A stretch of 63,940 nt of DNA, filler included, from Hyphochytrium catenoides (taxonomy: Eukaryota; Protista; Hyphochytriomycota): assembly GCA_900088475.1 (NCBI GenBank). It is 4 parts of 4 records of this genome, joined end to end, with 100 filler letters (N's around TTAATTAATTAA, not from the genome) between each part and the next. Parts side by side here need not be neighbours in the genome. Positions count along the whole stretch, not along the records: positions 1 to 27,683 come from FLMG01003413.1; 3 more parts are not named here. One strand, given 5' to 3'. The position numbers were made by a program, and so were the translations under genes. The first letter of the stretch is position 1, and each line of letters opens with the position of its first letter. Shown in pieces: positions 12,718 through 24,665 of the stretch. The notes under the pieces are model-generated. The model was not told the DNA's origin and ran no database searches. It worked only from the letters and a program-made list of their open reading frames with translations.

Positions 12718-13233
12718 AGCGTGGGTTTGCTGGAAACTCCGAGAAGGTTTTTCGTCTGAAAGTCTGATTCTGAAGCTTGGGCCGTACCTATCAATAACAC
12801 TGGCCCCAGTCAGCTTCTGACCAGGTTGAAGCTCGTCGTCGTCTCCAAGATTCTGGGCAGTAAAGTGCGCTCATTCCTCATATGTACCTTGCACCCCCGC
12901 GCTATTGCTACACAGAGTAGGGTGATACTTACTAAATTTAGCATCCACAACGGTATTACTACGTCTTTGGTTTATTCTTAAAAACTTCGAGGCAGCAAGA
13001 TGCACACTTTCTTCCGTGAAGATCCGTCAAGAAATTTCTCCCTACCGGAGGAATGACACAATATTGGGTGGTCGACCCTTGGAGTGGCGTTTGTTACGGT
13101 ATATAGGGGTTCCCGCGTCCCAACGTGAGTAACTCACCAAGAATATGCCAGGTCAGAAACAAACATCACCTGAGCACTCGTCTGTCCCTACTTTTGTCCG
13201 ACAAAGGCTTTTACAGAATAATACAGGAATAAT

Positions 13234-14738
13234 TTATTGAGAGAAGATGAAGAGGCGACTCGTATGATCATCACAGGCCGTCACTATCGCTAGTTGACCA
13301 CTGGGCAGCACTGCTAGATCAATGTCCAGTACCATGTCCCGATGGCCTTGAAATCTCTTCAGGCAGGCACCACTTCTGGCGTCCCATACTCTAACACTGG
13401 CATCAGCCGAACAAGACACAACCACGGGCTGTAGTGGGTGCCATTTGACTGCTACCACAGAGCTATCATGCCTGCAAATATGCCGACAGGCGAAAGTATT
13501 GAGGTCCCAAATACGAACCTCCCCATCCATACTACCTGTGGCACACCAGTTTACAGTGGATGAAAACCCAACGGCTTCCACTGAGCTATCTGATGCTTCT
13601 AATTCCATTTCACGTCCCTCTTCATTCGCCACACGAGCGGTATGACCGCGATTGTGCTCTAGCACACCAAGGACTCTCTTTGATTGCAAATGAATAACCC
13701 TCGCAGTACCATCTTGAGATCCAGTCAAAGCCATAGGCAACGTTGGATGACAGCATAGGGTCATTATGGGCCCTTCGTGCCATTCTCCGCCAGAGAAGGT
13801 ATGTTTGCTTACGATCTGTCGTCAGATGGGGTTGGTCAACCAAGGTGAAACCAAGAGACGTACCACTGTCCGGTTTTTGGATTCCAGAGCTTCACGGAGC
13901 CATCCATGGAACCCGAAACTACCGCCATTCCTGTAGTCGTAAAACTTCCACAGCTTACAGGGCCTTCATGACCAGCGAAGACTTGCATGCAAGCCCCGGT
14001 GGAAGCTAGCCACATCCAAATTGTGGCGTCTGCGGAGCCAGCTGCGATAACATCACCTTTAGGATGCCAGGAGATCCACTCGATGTCCTCTGAGGGCCCC
14101 TCAAGGCACCTGCACAGCTGCCCAGTAGTCACATCCCAGATCTATTACGGAGCTTTAGACTTGGTCAGATTCATCGCCAACTAAGCGCTGCTTACCCTGA
14201 TAGTTCCCTCAAGCCCCGCTGTTGCCAAGAGTGTACCTGCCGCATTAAATGCAGTTTTTACTACCGAGTCCGTGTGCCCACTTAATTCAAAGACTCTTTG
14301 TCCATTCTCCAGGTTAGAGATAAAAGCCTTATCGTCTCCACCCCCTGTCGCTATCATGCGCACATTGACTGGATTGATAGCGACGGTGTACACTGAATCC
14401 GAATGAGATGTGAAGATCTGCAAAGCGTGTTATATTTGAGAATGATAACAAGACTATTGTGCCTCCGTAGTCGCACCTGTGAAGCGTCATCTACTGTATC
14501 TCCTTCTGTACCTTGGTCTTCATCCTCCATGTCATCCTCATCGTCATCCATTGGCGCTTCTGCCAACGGAGCGTCAATCTCATAATTAACCTTTAAGCAC
14601 CCTTTTACTGAGCCTACCGTCATCATCTCCCAAGTCGTAAATCTCTTGCACCTCTGCGGGATTGATGTACGCATCGTCGTCAGAGTCTTGATCATAGGGT
14701 ACTGCCTCTCTGTCGTAGGCGTTCTGGTCTTCTTGCAT
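13234..14738 (-). CDS. AAMP: WD40-repeat protein, AAMP/Sqt1-like
   Basis: Acidic N-terminus, then FTSHSDSVY, ATGGGDDKA, GHTDSV...ATAGLEG, LEGPSEDIEWISWHPKG.VIAAGSADATIWMW, SSVEAVGFS and FQGHRDMVLD, the typical AAMP/Sqt1 order. Confidence 0.8.
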
Positions 14739-15352
14739 GTCTATTTCAGAGCTCTTGGCGCTTAGGCTTCCCTGTGTATCTACCCTACCGTGTGGAGAGG
14801 CGCTATTACGGTTTGAGTGTAAACTCAGTGACTTGCTTTCACCCCTCTCCAGCAGGCACAATGCAGCAGCAGCAAGAGAAGCAAACGCTGGTGCGGGGCA
14901 GTCCTCCAATAATCTCCATTAAATGCTGCGGAAAAAGACAGATCAGAACCCCACAAAGCTCCTACGATGTACACCCCGAGCAACTATTTTTCTGTTCCGC
15001 TTCATCTCTCCCATCTCCAAAACACTCATTTACCCCACGAGTGGATGGCTCTGTTTCGTTGTCGAGTTCGCTTTCTAACATGTCTTCTGCACCTTCACCA
15101 CCAGCCAAAATTTCGCTGCTTGCAAAGTTGCGGTGGAGCTTTCCTTTCGAAAGTCGCAGTCTGAGATGAGAAGTTTCTGTGCCGTTGTAGCTCACACCGG
15201 TATATTTCCTTCGTGGTGATCTTGACAAATTGCAGTCAAAGAAAGGTGAAAAATTGTATGTTTCACTCTCTCTTGCTAAATAAAATAAATTTCCACACCC
15301 TGGTTACTGGGAACATAAGTCCGCCTTTCTGCGATCAGGAGCGGGGTTTGTC

Positions 15353-18300
15353 ATGAGCACGCTCTCTGTTTCTGTTTCGGAGTTTAATTGGGAAGGGTTT
15401 TTTCCCCTTACTAATATGTCGCCAATGCTGGCGAATTATCGCTCCTAATAATGCCGTTTGTTTTGCAGACAGAGACTGCGATTTCCACGACGGAGCTCGT
15501 CATAATCTCATCAATAATCTCCGCACATTGTGCTCATTCTAAAAAGCTGTGCAGCCTGCACTTTGTGTGTCGCCGGAGCTCAGAATAGCGTCTACGCTTA
15601 TGATGACCGTTGAGGGTAAAGACATAAGCCAACAATAGTAGCCGGATGATCGCAGTTCCTAGGTGGTTGGAATGGACGACTGCGTGCATGGACGATTTGG
15701 CTCCCATTGTAAGTCGTTGAGAGGCATTGTACGCTCAGGTGTCTGGGATCACAAGTATATTCGAGTCCGCGGGCGTGGCAATACCTGTCGTCGCTTATCA
15801 TGACGACTTTGAGGAGGATACTCATGGTAGGTCCTCTACGATGGCGATGATCAGGATGGACACTTATCCCGCACATGTAGGAGTCCGCCGCAATGGCAGG
15901 TACTGGTTCTCCACCTGCTTCGCTGGATTGGCCTTCCGTAGGTAAGTCTGTTCACGTAGTCCTGCAGTGCGTTACTCGGTCTGATAGAGTTATCTGCAGA
16001 ACGATCGCACAAAAAGAAGAGAAAGAAGGATGCAGATGATAGCATAGAGGTAAGACTCCTTTGCCGGGCTTTTGGGGTTTGGTTTACTGATAGTGTGATG
16101 CATTTATTTAGGGAACAAAGCGCTCAGATCATGATGACAGTGGTAGCCACGGCGGTCGTTCGGACCACGATAATGCGAGTAAGACATATCGAGTTAGACT
16201 TAGCTTTGAAGATTACCTGACCTGGCTCTCCAACTAGCAGACAGGGGCTCAAAGTCGGGAAATAGCAGCCATGGAAGTGATTCGGAATCTTCCGACCATA
16301 GGGTTCCGCGATCAGAGGCTAAGTTGCGAGACAGCATTGGGGATCCACCGAAGGGTATCTCGGAGAAGAAAGCACACGTCAAAGGTTTGTGTAGGTGATC
16401 AGCGGTATCTGTCTCAGCAGTGGAGACTAAGTACTTATGCCGGCCGCAGGTGCTTATCGAGATCGGAACGACTATGTTTGTGCCGTTTGCGAAAAAGAAG
16501 GAGATCTCCTACTCTGCGATGGGCCCTGTCTTCAGAGCTTCCACATAAAATGCCTGGGTTTGAAGGACTTACCAGATGAGGACGAGTGGTTTTGTGACGG
16601 TGAGCGCTTGTTTTGCTTGCTGGAGGAGAAAAGCTATTCTTACATCGTCGCACAGGGTGCCGAACAAACGTTCATGAGTGCTTTTTTTGCAAAAGAAAGG
16701 GACGAACAGACCTTGGACGAGGGGCTTGGGTTGAAGAAAGCGAAGGTCTTGTTATTTGTGGTGCGAGCTCATGCGGAAAGTACTATCATATCGGTTGCGT
16801 CAAGTCGTTGCCGTTGACCAGAATGCTTGAGAACAGTTTTTATTGTCCGGTATGTAGTACAGCCACTTGACAGCAGCCTGTATACTCAAAGAGACTGATA
16901 TGCACGTCAGCTCCATACTTGTGCGGGCTGCCATACGGGTGGCCAGAGCAACAAGAGTGTGAGGTGTACCCGGTGTCCAACGGCTTATCATTCAAGATGT
17001 CTGAAGGGCAGGCGTAACATCAAGCGGCTAATGGAAAAAAGGTTAACAGAAACGCAAATATTTTTGACGGTTGTGAGCTAATCTAGTACCCACATTAGGA
17101 TTGTCTGTGCTTGGCACTTATCAGAGAAGACATCAGTGCGAAGCTCTGGTTCGGAGAACACCTTGGGGACAAGTGCAGGAGGGGATGAAGGTAGACGCTT
17201 CGCTGGCCACTAATGGAGGGTCGCCGGATAAGATCGTTCTTTAATTGTCCTCCGACCCCCCTATGTTTAGTCTTTATGTCTAAGATGTCGCTGACCTCCT
17301 CTCTGCGTCGTTTAGTCTTCAAGATCGAGAAGGACAGCAATGCTGACTTGAGAGCAATTGGAGCGGACGCGGAGAGCAAGGATTTGGCTGTTGAGGAGGA
17401 CAAAGAAGTGGAAGCAGCTAAGAAAGTGAAAGAAGAGAAGTTGACAATGGAGACTGGCAGGAAGGAGCATGGCAAAGGGAAGAAGGATCCCAACAGGGAA
17501 CAACTGGAAGAAAACAGGACCCAGACGACGGGGGTTGAACTGGCGGACGAAGAACGTGAAGAGTCTAAGGAGATTCCAGCAGTTTTGGGCGGCGCACGAA
17601 CTAAGTCGGGCAGCCAACAGAAGGCAAAGTCTGGAGATAAGGCACGCCAGGTGACTGCTGAGAAGAAGGGAAGGAAGAACAATCAGCAAGTAGAGGAAGG
17701 TGAAGTGGAGGAACCCTCAGAGCAGCAGGAACTTCATGGAAGAGAGGGTGTTCAAGAGCTAGAAGTAAAGGGGACCAGCCCTCCTGGGCGGGGTCCGGTG
17801 GGGGCGAAAAAGTTAGATAAGAAGAAGGAGGAAACACATGGGTCCCTTGACCCCAAAGCCCCTTCAAAAGAGAAGGGAGGATGGAGTAGTGAAGAAAAAA
17901 TAAGCTCCGACAAAGCCTTCCGACCAAAGGAGAAGCAGCCAAGCGAACTACGCAAAAAAGCACAGAACATGGAAGAGGAAAAGCCACCAGTTCCAAGGAC
18001 AGAAGGTGCATTAGAGGCAGAGCCTAATTTGACCGGGAGCGAATCCAGCAAGTCTGGTAACCTCGGGACATCTCTTTTAGACCGTGACCTCCAAGAGGCT
18101 GAGCTTGCCCATTCCACCACCTCACTGGCGCCGACGAGAGATAGGAGTGTGGAGTTTGGGGGACAGGGTAATGGGAGCCGGTATTCGGACACTTCTACGT
18201 ATCCAAATGTAAAGGATCCACCTGGACGTGAATCTTACCTTGCTTTGGAGAGACAAAGAGACCTGACAAGAAAGGACCCCGGGCCGGAAGAAAAGCACAA

Positions 18301-21300
18301 AATGGCTAAGGAGGAAGTCAACACTAAGACGGAACTTCCGGAGGTGAAGGCTACGGAAATGGCGGAAGACAAGAGCACCAAAGCAAACAAACCAGTGATT
18401 CAAAACATTGACAATGATAACAGTAAGCCAGCCACGTCGATTACCAGCCAAAATCATAGTGGGTCTGACTCCCCGGAGGAGCAAGCGGGAGTCAGCAGAG
18501 AAGCTAGCCAACCAGTCCGCGCAGGAATCCTAGGGTTAGTCATAGACGTGGAGCCCAAGCAGCGAGAGAATAAGAAGAAGGAGGTTCAAAGGAAGATTAC
18601 TCAAGCGAAGCTTAAAGCCCGACTAGCGAAAGATGAAGAAACTGGCAATGGGCTGCAATCGATGGAAGTGGAAGATGAGCCGACGGCCACTGTCGTTGAT
18701 ACAGATGACAATGAGACCAGTTCTCGATCTAGAGCTGAGCAGCGGACCGATAGGAAGCTAGATACGCGGTCAAAGCTTGCAGGCGATGAAAAGCAGAAAC
18801 ATATGGGTCGGAAGGCGTCTCTTTCGGGCTCCAGTGCAACCGAGGAAATAGAAGAAGGGGAGATCCAGCCCAGCCCTTCAGCAAGAGGTCGCCCTGCTGC
18901 TACGGTAAGATAACTTTAAGACTATTCCGCGTCATCTAATAGCTAAATCGAGCTTTGCAGATGGAGGTGGATACAGTGAAAGATAGACAAGGTGCAACCG
19001 ATCCTGGCGATGATCCTAGCTGTACCACAGTGAGAACAGGCAGCAGAGCTGCCGCGGCGGCGGCCAACTCGAAAATCCTTTCAAGGTAGGTAACCGGGAT
19101 TGGCAGATCAGTCAACGACGCCTCAGAATCGGTTCTGGTGGTAGCATGGCATTTCTTGTCCACAGAGTACTTGCGCATACCTTTCCTATCATTTTACCTG
19201 GTATTCATTTCCACGAGTTGTACCTCTGATCGAAGCGCATAACTGCGAGCGCTTTGATCAAAGGGACTTGCGTCTGGACTTGCGCCTCGTGGCTTCTCTT
19301 TATCAAGTAGCTCGTCTCTTCAATACCTTTGAAGGATTTTCCATTAATAAGCGGTATGTTCCCCTCCAGATCATCTGCTATGAAGAAAGAAAAAGAGTCG
19401 AAAGATCTCAAGTCCAAAGCCTCTCCTAAAGTGAATAAGAGCAAGAAAGGAGATGTCCCCACACCGTCCTCTCCTGATGTAGAAGAGGAGGAGGAAAACT
19501 GGGTTCAGTGTGACAGTTGTCAGAAGTGGAGGAAGCTCCCACTTACTGTCAACGTGGAAAGCCTGCCAACGAAGTGGTTTTGTCGTCTCAATCAATGGGA
19601 CAGCGAACACAATCGCTGCGAAGCTCCTGAGGAGACAGCTAGAGTTTCCCCTTCCAAGACCTCAGAGAAGAACCGTGAGAAGGGATCGCAAGCACCGTCT
19701 AAGGAAGACCCAACGCCTCCCTCACATAAAGTGGCGGATCTCTTGGAGGATGAAGACAAGAAAAGTAAGGGAAAGGGGGCCTGATCCTGTTTCACTTTAC
19801 GCTCTGATGATGTGGCTCAAGTAGCTGGACGCCTCATGTAGATGCTCTTGCATTTTGGACTCCAACCTGTTGCTGTTTTAAGTCTTTTGGCTACCCCTTC
19901 TTGACCGTTGTGTGCTAACCACGTCCGGCAAATTTAGAGAAGATCGATAAGAAGCAAAAAAAGCGAAAGCGAAAGAGCGAGACGCAGTGGGTTCAGTGTG
20001 ACCACTGTTCGAAATGGAGGTCTGTTCCTGGAGGAGTAGATATGTCTATCTTTCCTAAGAAATGGTAAGATTTGAACAATTTTGTGCCTATTCTAGCTCT
20101 TGGCTTTTGCTAGTCTTCAATCTTTTTTTTTTGCTACACTTTCAGCTTTTTCCATAAGGCTTAGTCAGTGTTTGGTGGCTCACGTATGAGAGCGTGGTTT
20201 AAGTTCTCAAGTCTTCCGGTTCGGTCTGGCGAACAAATACTGAAACAGTGGCCTTAGGTTTTGCTACATGAATTCGTGGAACCTCAATCTGGCCAGCTGC
20301 AGCGCCGCAAACCCACCAGAAACTGAGCAGTCTCCGGCGGTAGAGGATACAGCCGATAAGTTAGACACTGCTGGATCGGATAAGTCTCCGAAGGTGGAGA
20401 ACGAGTCTCCCGATGAGAAAAAGAAGAGAAAGGCTGAGGAAAAGGTCATATCAAGCAAGAAAAAGAAGAAGCCTAAAGTTGATGACAACAGCTCCGCTCC
20501 GCGAGAAGCTGTTCCTGCACCCCCTACTCCCGTCTCCAGGACGGAGGAACAAGTTTCTACAAAAGACAAGGTGCCCAGTCCCCCTGAGGAAGCGGAGGCT
20601 GCCCCACCCACTACACCAAGCGTTACATCTGCTGCCAGGGGAAAGAGCCGCAAGCCTTCAAAGCCTGTATGGCAATGGGTCCAGTGCGAGAAGTGTGAAA
20701 AGTGGCGGAAGCTTCCACAGACTCTGGACGTCTCGTCCCTCCCTGACACTTGGTATTGCTCCATGAATGACTGGGATCGTGCACGCGCATTCTGCTCTGC
20801 CCCACAAGAAGAGGATGATACAGCTCTTCACAAAGAGAACCTGGACAAGCCGAACTCAGGAAAATGGGGTCTAATCCGGAAGTCTGGCGGTAAACTGAGT
20901 TACCGTGAGCTGATCTTTGGTAGCAATGGGCTGATCAAGAAGACTTACACCGATGAGGGCTCCGTCGGTCCGGACGGGAGCTTAAAGCATCATCGACGGG
21001 ATGAACAGTACAGACTGAGCTCAATGTATTCTACTCACTCCAGAAAGAAGAAAAGCAAATCGGCAAGAAGCAAGAACGAAAAGAAGGTCCAGCCTGAGAA
21101 TCCCACTCCACTGAAGAGAAAGTTTGGAGAAGTGGACGGCAGGGGGGATGGTTCGCCTGTTGACGTCTCCACGTTAGCTTCTTCTCTGTGGCTAGAGAGT
21201 GAGAAAGGAGAACACTTGAAGGGCCTTATAACGGCTCACCTGCGGGACAAAGCCTTGAGTCGTTTTGAAATATGCGTCTCCATCGGCTGCAGAAAGCCCA

Positions 21301-21545
21301 AGGAGAGCATAAACGACTTCCAGTACTCGTCGACAGACATTGTAGCCGCATTAGAACGGCTGATTGATGAGGGAAAGGTCAAGGCTTACCCGGTTGACGC
21401 TCTCTCCTCCCAACTGAAGTCTTCATCACTGCCAGATCCCGGTGAGGTTCGGTATGCCCGGACGGACAGCTCTGTGGAACTATCCCATGCAGCGAAGAAG
21501 CCCCTTCGAATAGCCAAGCCGTGGAAAGTGCGAAGTCAGTTCTAG
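15353..21545 (+). CDS. Large chromatin-reader protein: tandem PHD fingers, long charged linker, three CW-type zinc fingers
   Basis: NDYVCAVCEKEGDLLLCDGPCLQSFHIKCL and further Cys/His fingers at 16450-17150. Three WVQCDxC/CEKC-KWR...W.C motifs at about 19500, 19990 and 20675. Splice junctions at 18906/18961 and 19085/19370 keep the frame. The 5' exons (15353-16450) are uncertain. Confidence 0.75.
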
Positions 21546-22445
21546 CATGGGGAACAATGCACATGTTTTTAGTGTTGTTTGGCACATGTACAGTTTCAAC
21601 TCATTAATTTATAAATCCTGTCTATCTGCTTCACATGCAGCCACATGCTGCTTGCTCGCTCCTTTCTCTCACTGTCCCCGAAGTCAATCTCTGAACTTGC
21701 TAATACCAATACAAAAAGGAAGGCACAAGGAAGTAAGATATCTTCAGTGAAGGCTGCTCGATCCGCCCGGCATGTATTTGAAAGGTCCACAGGTAACAAG
21801 CTGCTGAGCTCCAGCCTGCCATAAAATCTCCTAAGAACGCCAATTGTTGAGAGCTATTCAAAGGCGCCGGACTAGCACTGTGAACAGCAACGCCCACCAA
21901 ATAGCATCACCCCTTCTTACTTCTCTCGGGACAGCCGTTGAACGCCAGCTTCTCTGTCGTCGCCTCGGACAAGAAGACCATTGCCCGCTTCAGCCGTCTG
22001 ACTGCGTTGGTCTATTCTATGGCCTCTGGCCCTATGGCCCGCTGATTGAGGTTTCTGGTCTTGGCAATGGGAGCGAAATCTTTAATTGACACCCAAGCTT
22101 CTCATATTCTGATGTTATTCCTAAATATACATCGTAAGATGCTTACAAACGCTCAGTGTAATTGGACTGATTAGGAATAGTGTTAAGATCTGTAGACTGG
22201 CTTGGCCTGTTGTTACGAAGATTGTCTCATATTCTTCTACGAGTACTATTGAGACTCTAGGAACGTGAGGGAGAACATGAGTAGAAAGTGGGAGAAGTGG
22301 AGGATCCTTGCTTTTCTGAGTCGAGGCTATCATTATTCATAGAGAAAGGAGCTTCAGTTGACAACGTGCTTAGACCTCGCTGTAGGTTCCACAGTCTTAG
22401 CGCTTGGCCGCTTTTTTCACTTCTGGCAGATCCGACCATAGAAGT

Positions 22446-24550
22446 ATGTTTGGGGTTCGCAGTAGACAGGCAACAGCAAGGCTTATCCAGGGCTGGAGGC
22501 AGGCTGCGCTGCAGATCTCGGTTCAGACAGCCAACAAGTCGAACGATGTAAAGCTGATGCTTGGTGCGGTTGCACTCGGCACAGCCATGGGTCTCTCCTT
22601 TGTCAACGGGTCAGACGAAATTGCAGGCGCTGAAGCCAAGAGAAAAGCTGACAGACTAAAAGTTTACTCTTGGTACGTGCTGGTCACCGCCCAGGCAGAT
22701 ATCGATGTAGTAACATCCACATTACCGTGCCCATGTTGTTCAACAGGGGCTCCGGGCAGTTTGGACAGCTCGGTCAAGGTAGCGAGAAGGTATGAGCGAC
22801 CGTCTTCGAAGGCAGAAACCCCAAGCTGATAATCTCTGCTAGGACGAGAGTCTACCCAAGCCAGTGGACTTCCTTTCAAATAAACAGGTGGCTTACATAG
22901 CTGCAGGAGGCTCTAGGTAAGGTTCCCGCACAACTGAAGCCAGCTGATGATCTGTCTGCTTACTCCTTTAATTCAGTTCGGCGGCTGTGACGAGCAAACA
23001 TGAGGTCTACACTTTCGGTGCAGGTGGTAACAGGTGAGATGGGTCCTAGATGCAACCAATCTATAGCTCCGAACAGAACAGTAACCTTGCAACTAGCCGT
23101 CTAGGACATGGGGATTCTATAGACACCCCAAATCAGAGCGTTCCTCAGCTCGTAAGAACGCTCCTAGAAGAAAAAGTGAAGGAGGTGAAGGTTGGGGACT
23201 ATCATATGGTCGCTCTTACTGAAGATGGCAGGGTAAGCGCTCTTTTACGGCCAACTCCTTTCCTCTTGCTTGACATCGGCACTGAGCTTCCTCGTTCTAG
23301 GTCTTCACTTGGGGCAAGAACAAGGCTCCTCAACTTGGCCATAAGTAAGCTGACAGCGGCTAAAGTTCCTAGCTTTACGGCCATAGCCTCGGTTGCGATG
23401 TTTGTGAGTTGACCAAATCCTTCTTCATATATTGTTTGTAGGAACCTAAAAGCGGGCTACCCTAATGAGGTGATGCTGCCTGAGAAGATTGTTGCCGTAG
23501 ACTGTGGTAGGCAACAAACTGTTGCTGTCTCCGAGTCAGGCCACGTCTACACTTGGGGTATTGGGTACGAAGGAGCATTAGGGCACGGAGACAAGGAAAA
23601 TCGACCGAGCCCAAAGCGGCTGGAGGCACTGGCTGGCAGGGTGAAGGTTGTGTCAGTCGCTTGTGGACGAGGTATGAGCCACCTGAATCCTCTGTAACCC
23701 TTGTAGGACTGTATTTACTCATATTACGTCTCTGCTTCATAGAGTTCACGGTGGCCCTAGATAGTGAAGGCAAGCTGTATAGCTGGGGCGCTAATGATTA
23801 TGGCCAATTAGGTCAGACATCTTCCCACTTTGTCATATTTGATAGCATCACACTAATGGCTACACCAGGAACTAGCTCTTCCTTACGCTACGTGCGAATG
23901 CCCGAGGAGGTGAGGAGCCTAACAGATCCAGTAGTCACCTTTTCTTGTGGCGAGTACCATACAGCGGTAGGCCTTTAGCACAAATACATCTAGTCTCCCC
24001 TCTCATCTTATCAGACATGACTAGGCTGTAACCTCCAAAGGCGAGGTTTATACCTGGGGTGCTGGAAAGGACGGACAATTGGGGCACGATAACCGCGATG
24101 ACGTCAGGTACGAGCTACCATGATGTCCTTTGGGAAAATAGTCTGCCGACTGGTGCCGTCTTCCCTCGCAGCTTACCACGCCTAGTAGAAGATCTTAACG
24201 GCAAAGAGATCGTCCACGTTAGCTGCGGTGGCGGGCATACAGCGGCTGTTAGTGGTTAGTCTTCTATTCTTAGTATTTTACTATATTAGCCACACTCACA
24301 CCGGGGACTATAGGTACGGGTATGCTCTACACCTTCGGTAGGGGGAGGAGCGGACAGCTTGGCCGTGGGGACCAGATAGAAAGCATTGCTGCTTATCGTA
24401 CTAAGCCGACAGAAGTGAAGGTATGTTGATCTGGTAACTTTTTTCAGCTCCAGCCCTAACCGGTGTCGGACACCTTCTCAGAGTTTGGCAAACAGAGTCT
24501 ATCAGGTAGCTTGCGGGGACGACCACACTTTAGCACTTGTCGTTGAATAG
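22446..24550 (+). CDS. RCC1-repeat beta-propeller protein with a probable mitochondrial presequence (RCC1L-like)
   Basis: Repeated VY(S/T)WG...GQLG(H) and CG..HT.A motifs. The N-terminus MFGVRSRQATARLIQGWR is followed by a short hydrophobic stretch. TAG at 24548-24550. Confidence 0.8.
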
Positions 24551-24665
24551 TGCGTGGAGAGGCGTGCTCACTGGCTGCCTAAAATAAATAAAGCTTACGA
24601 TTCTATGTTTCTATAAGGCTCTTCTTGCAGAGTGTAAAAGCTGGCTGTATCGCTGCAGTGTCGTC

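Noticed and set aside
19191-19240. ATTTTACCTGG resembles the U1 snRNA 5' end
   Set aside because: It mismatches ACTTACCTG and lacks the U1A loop and an Sm site at the expected positions.
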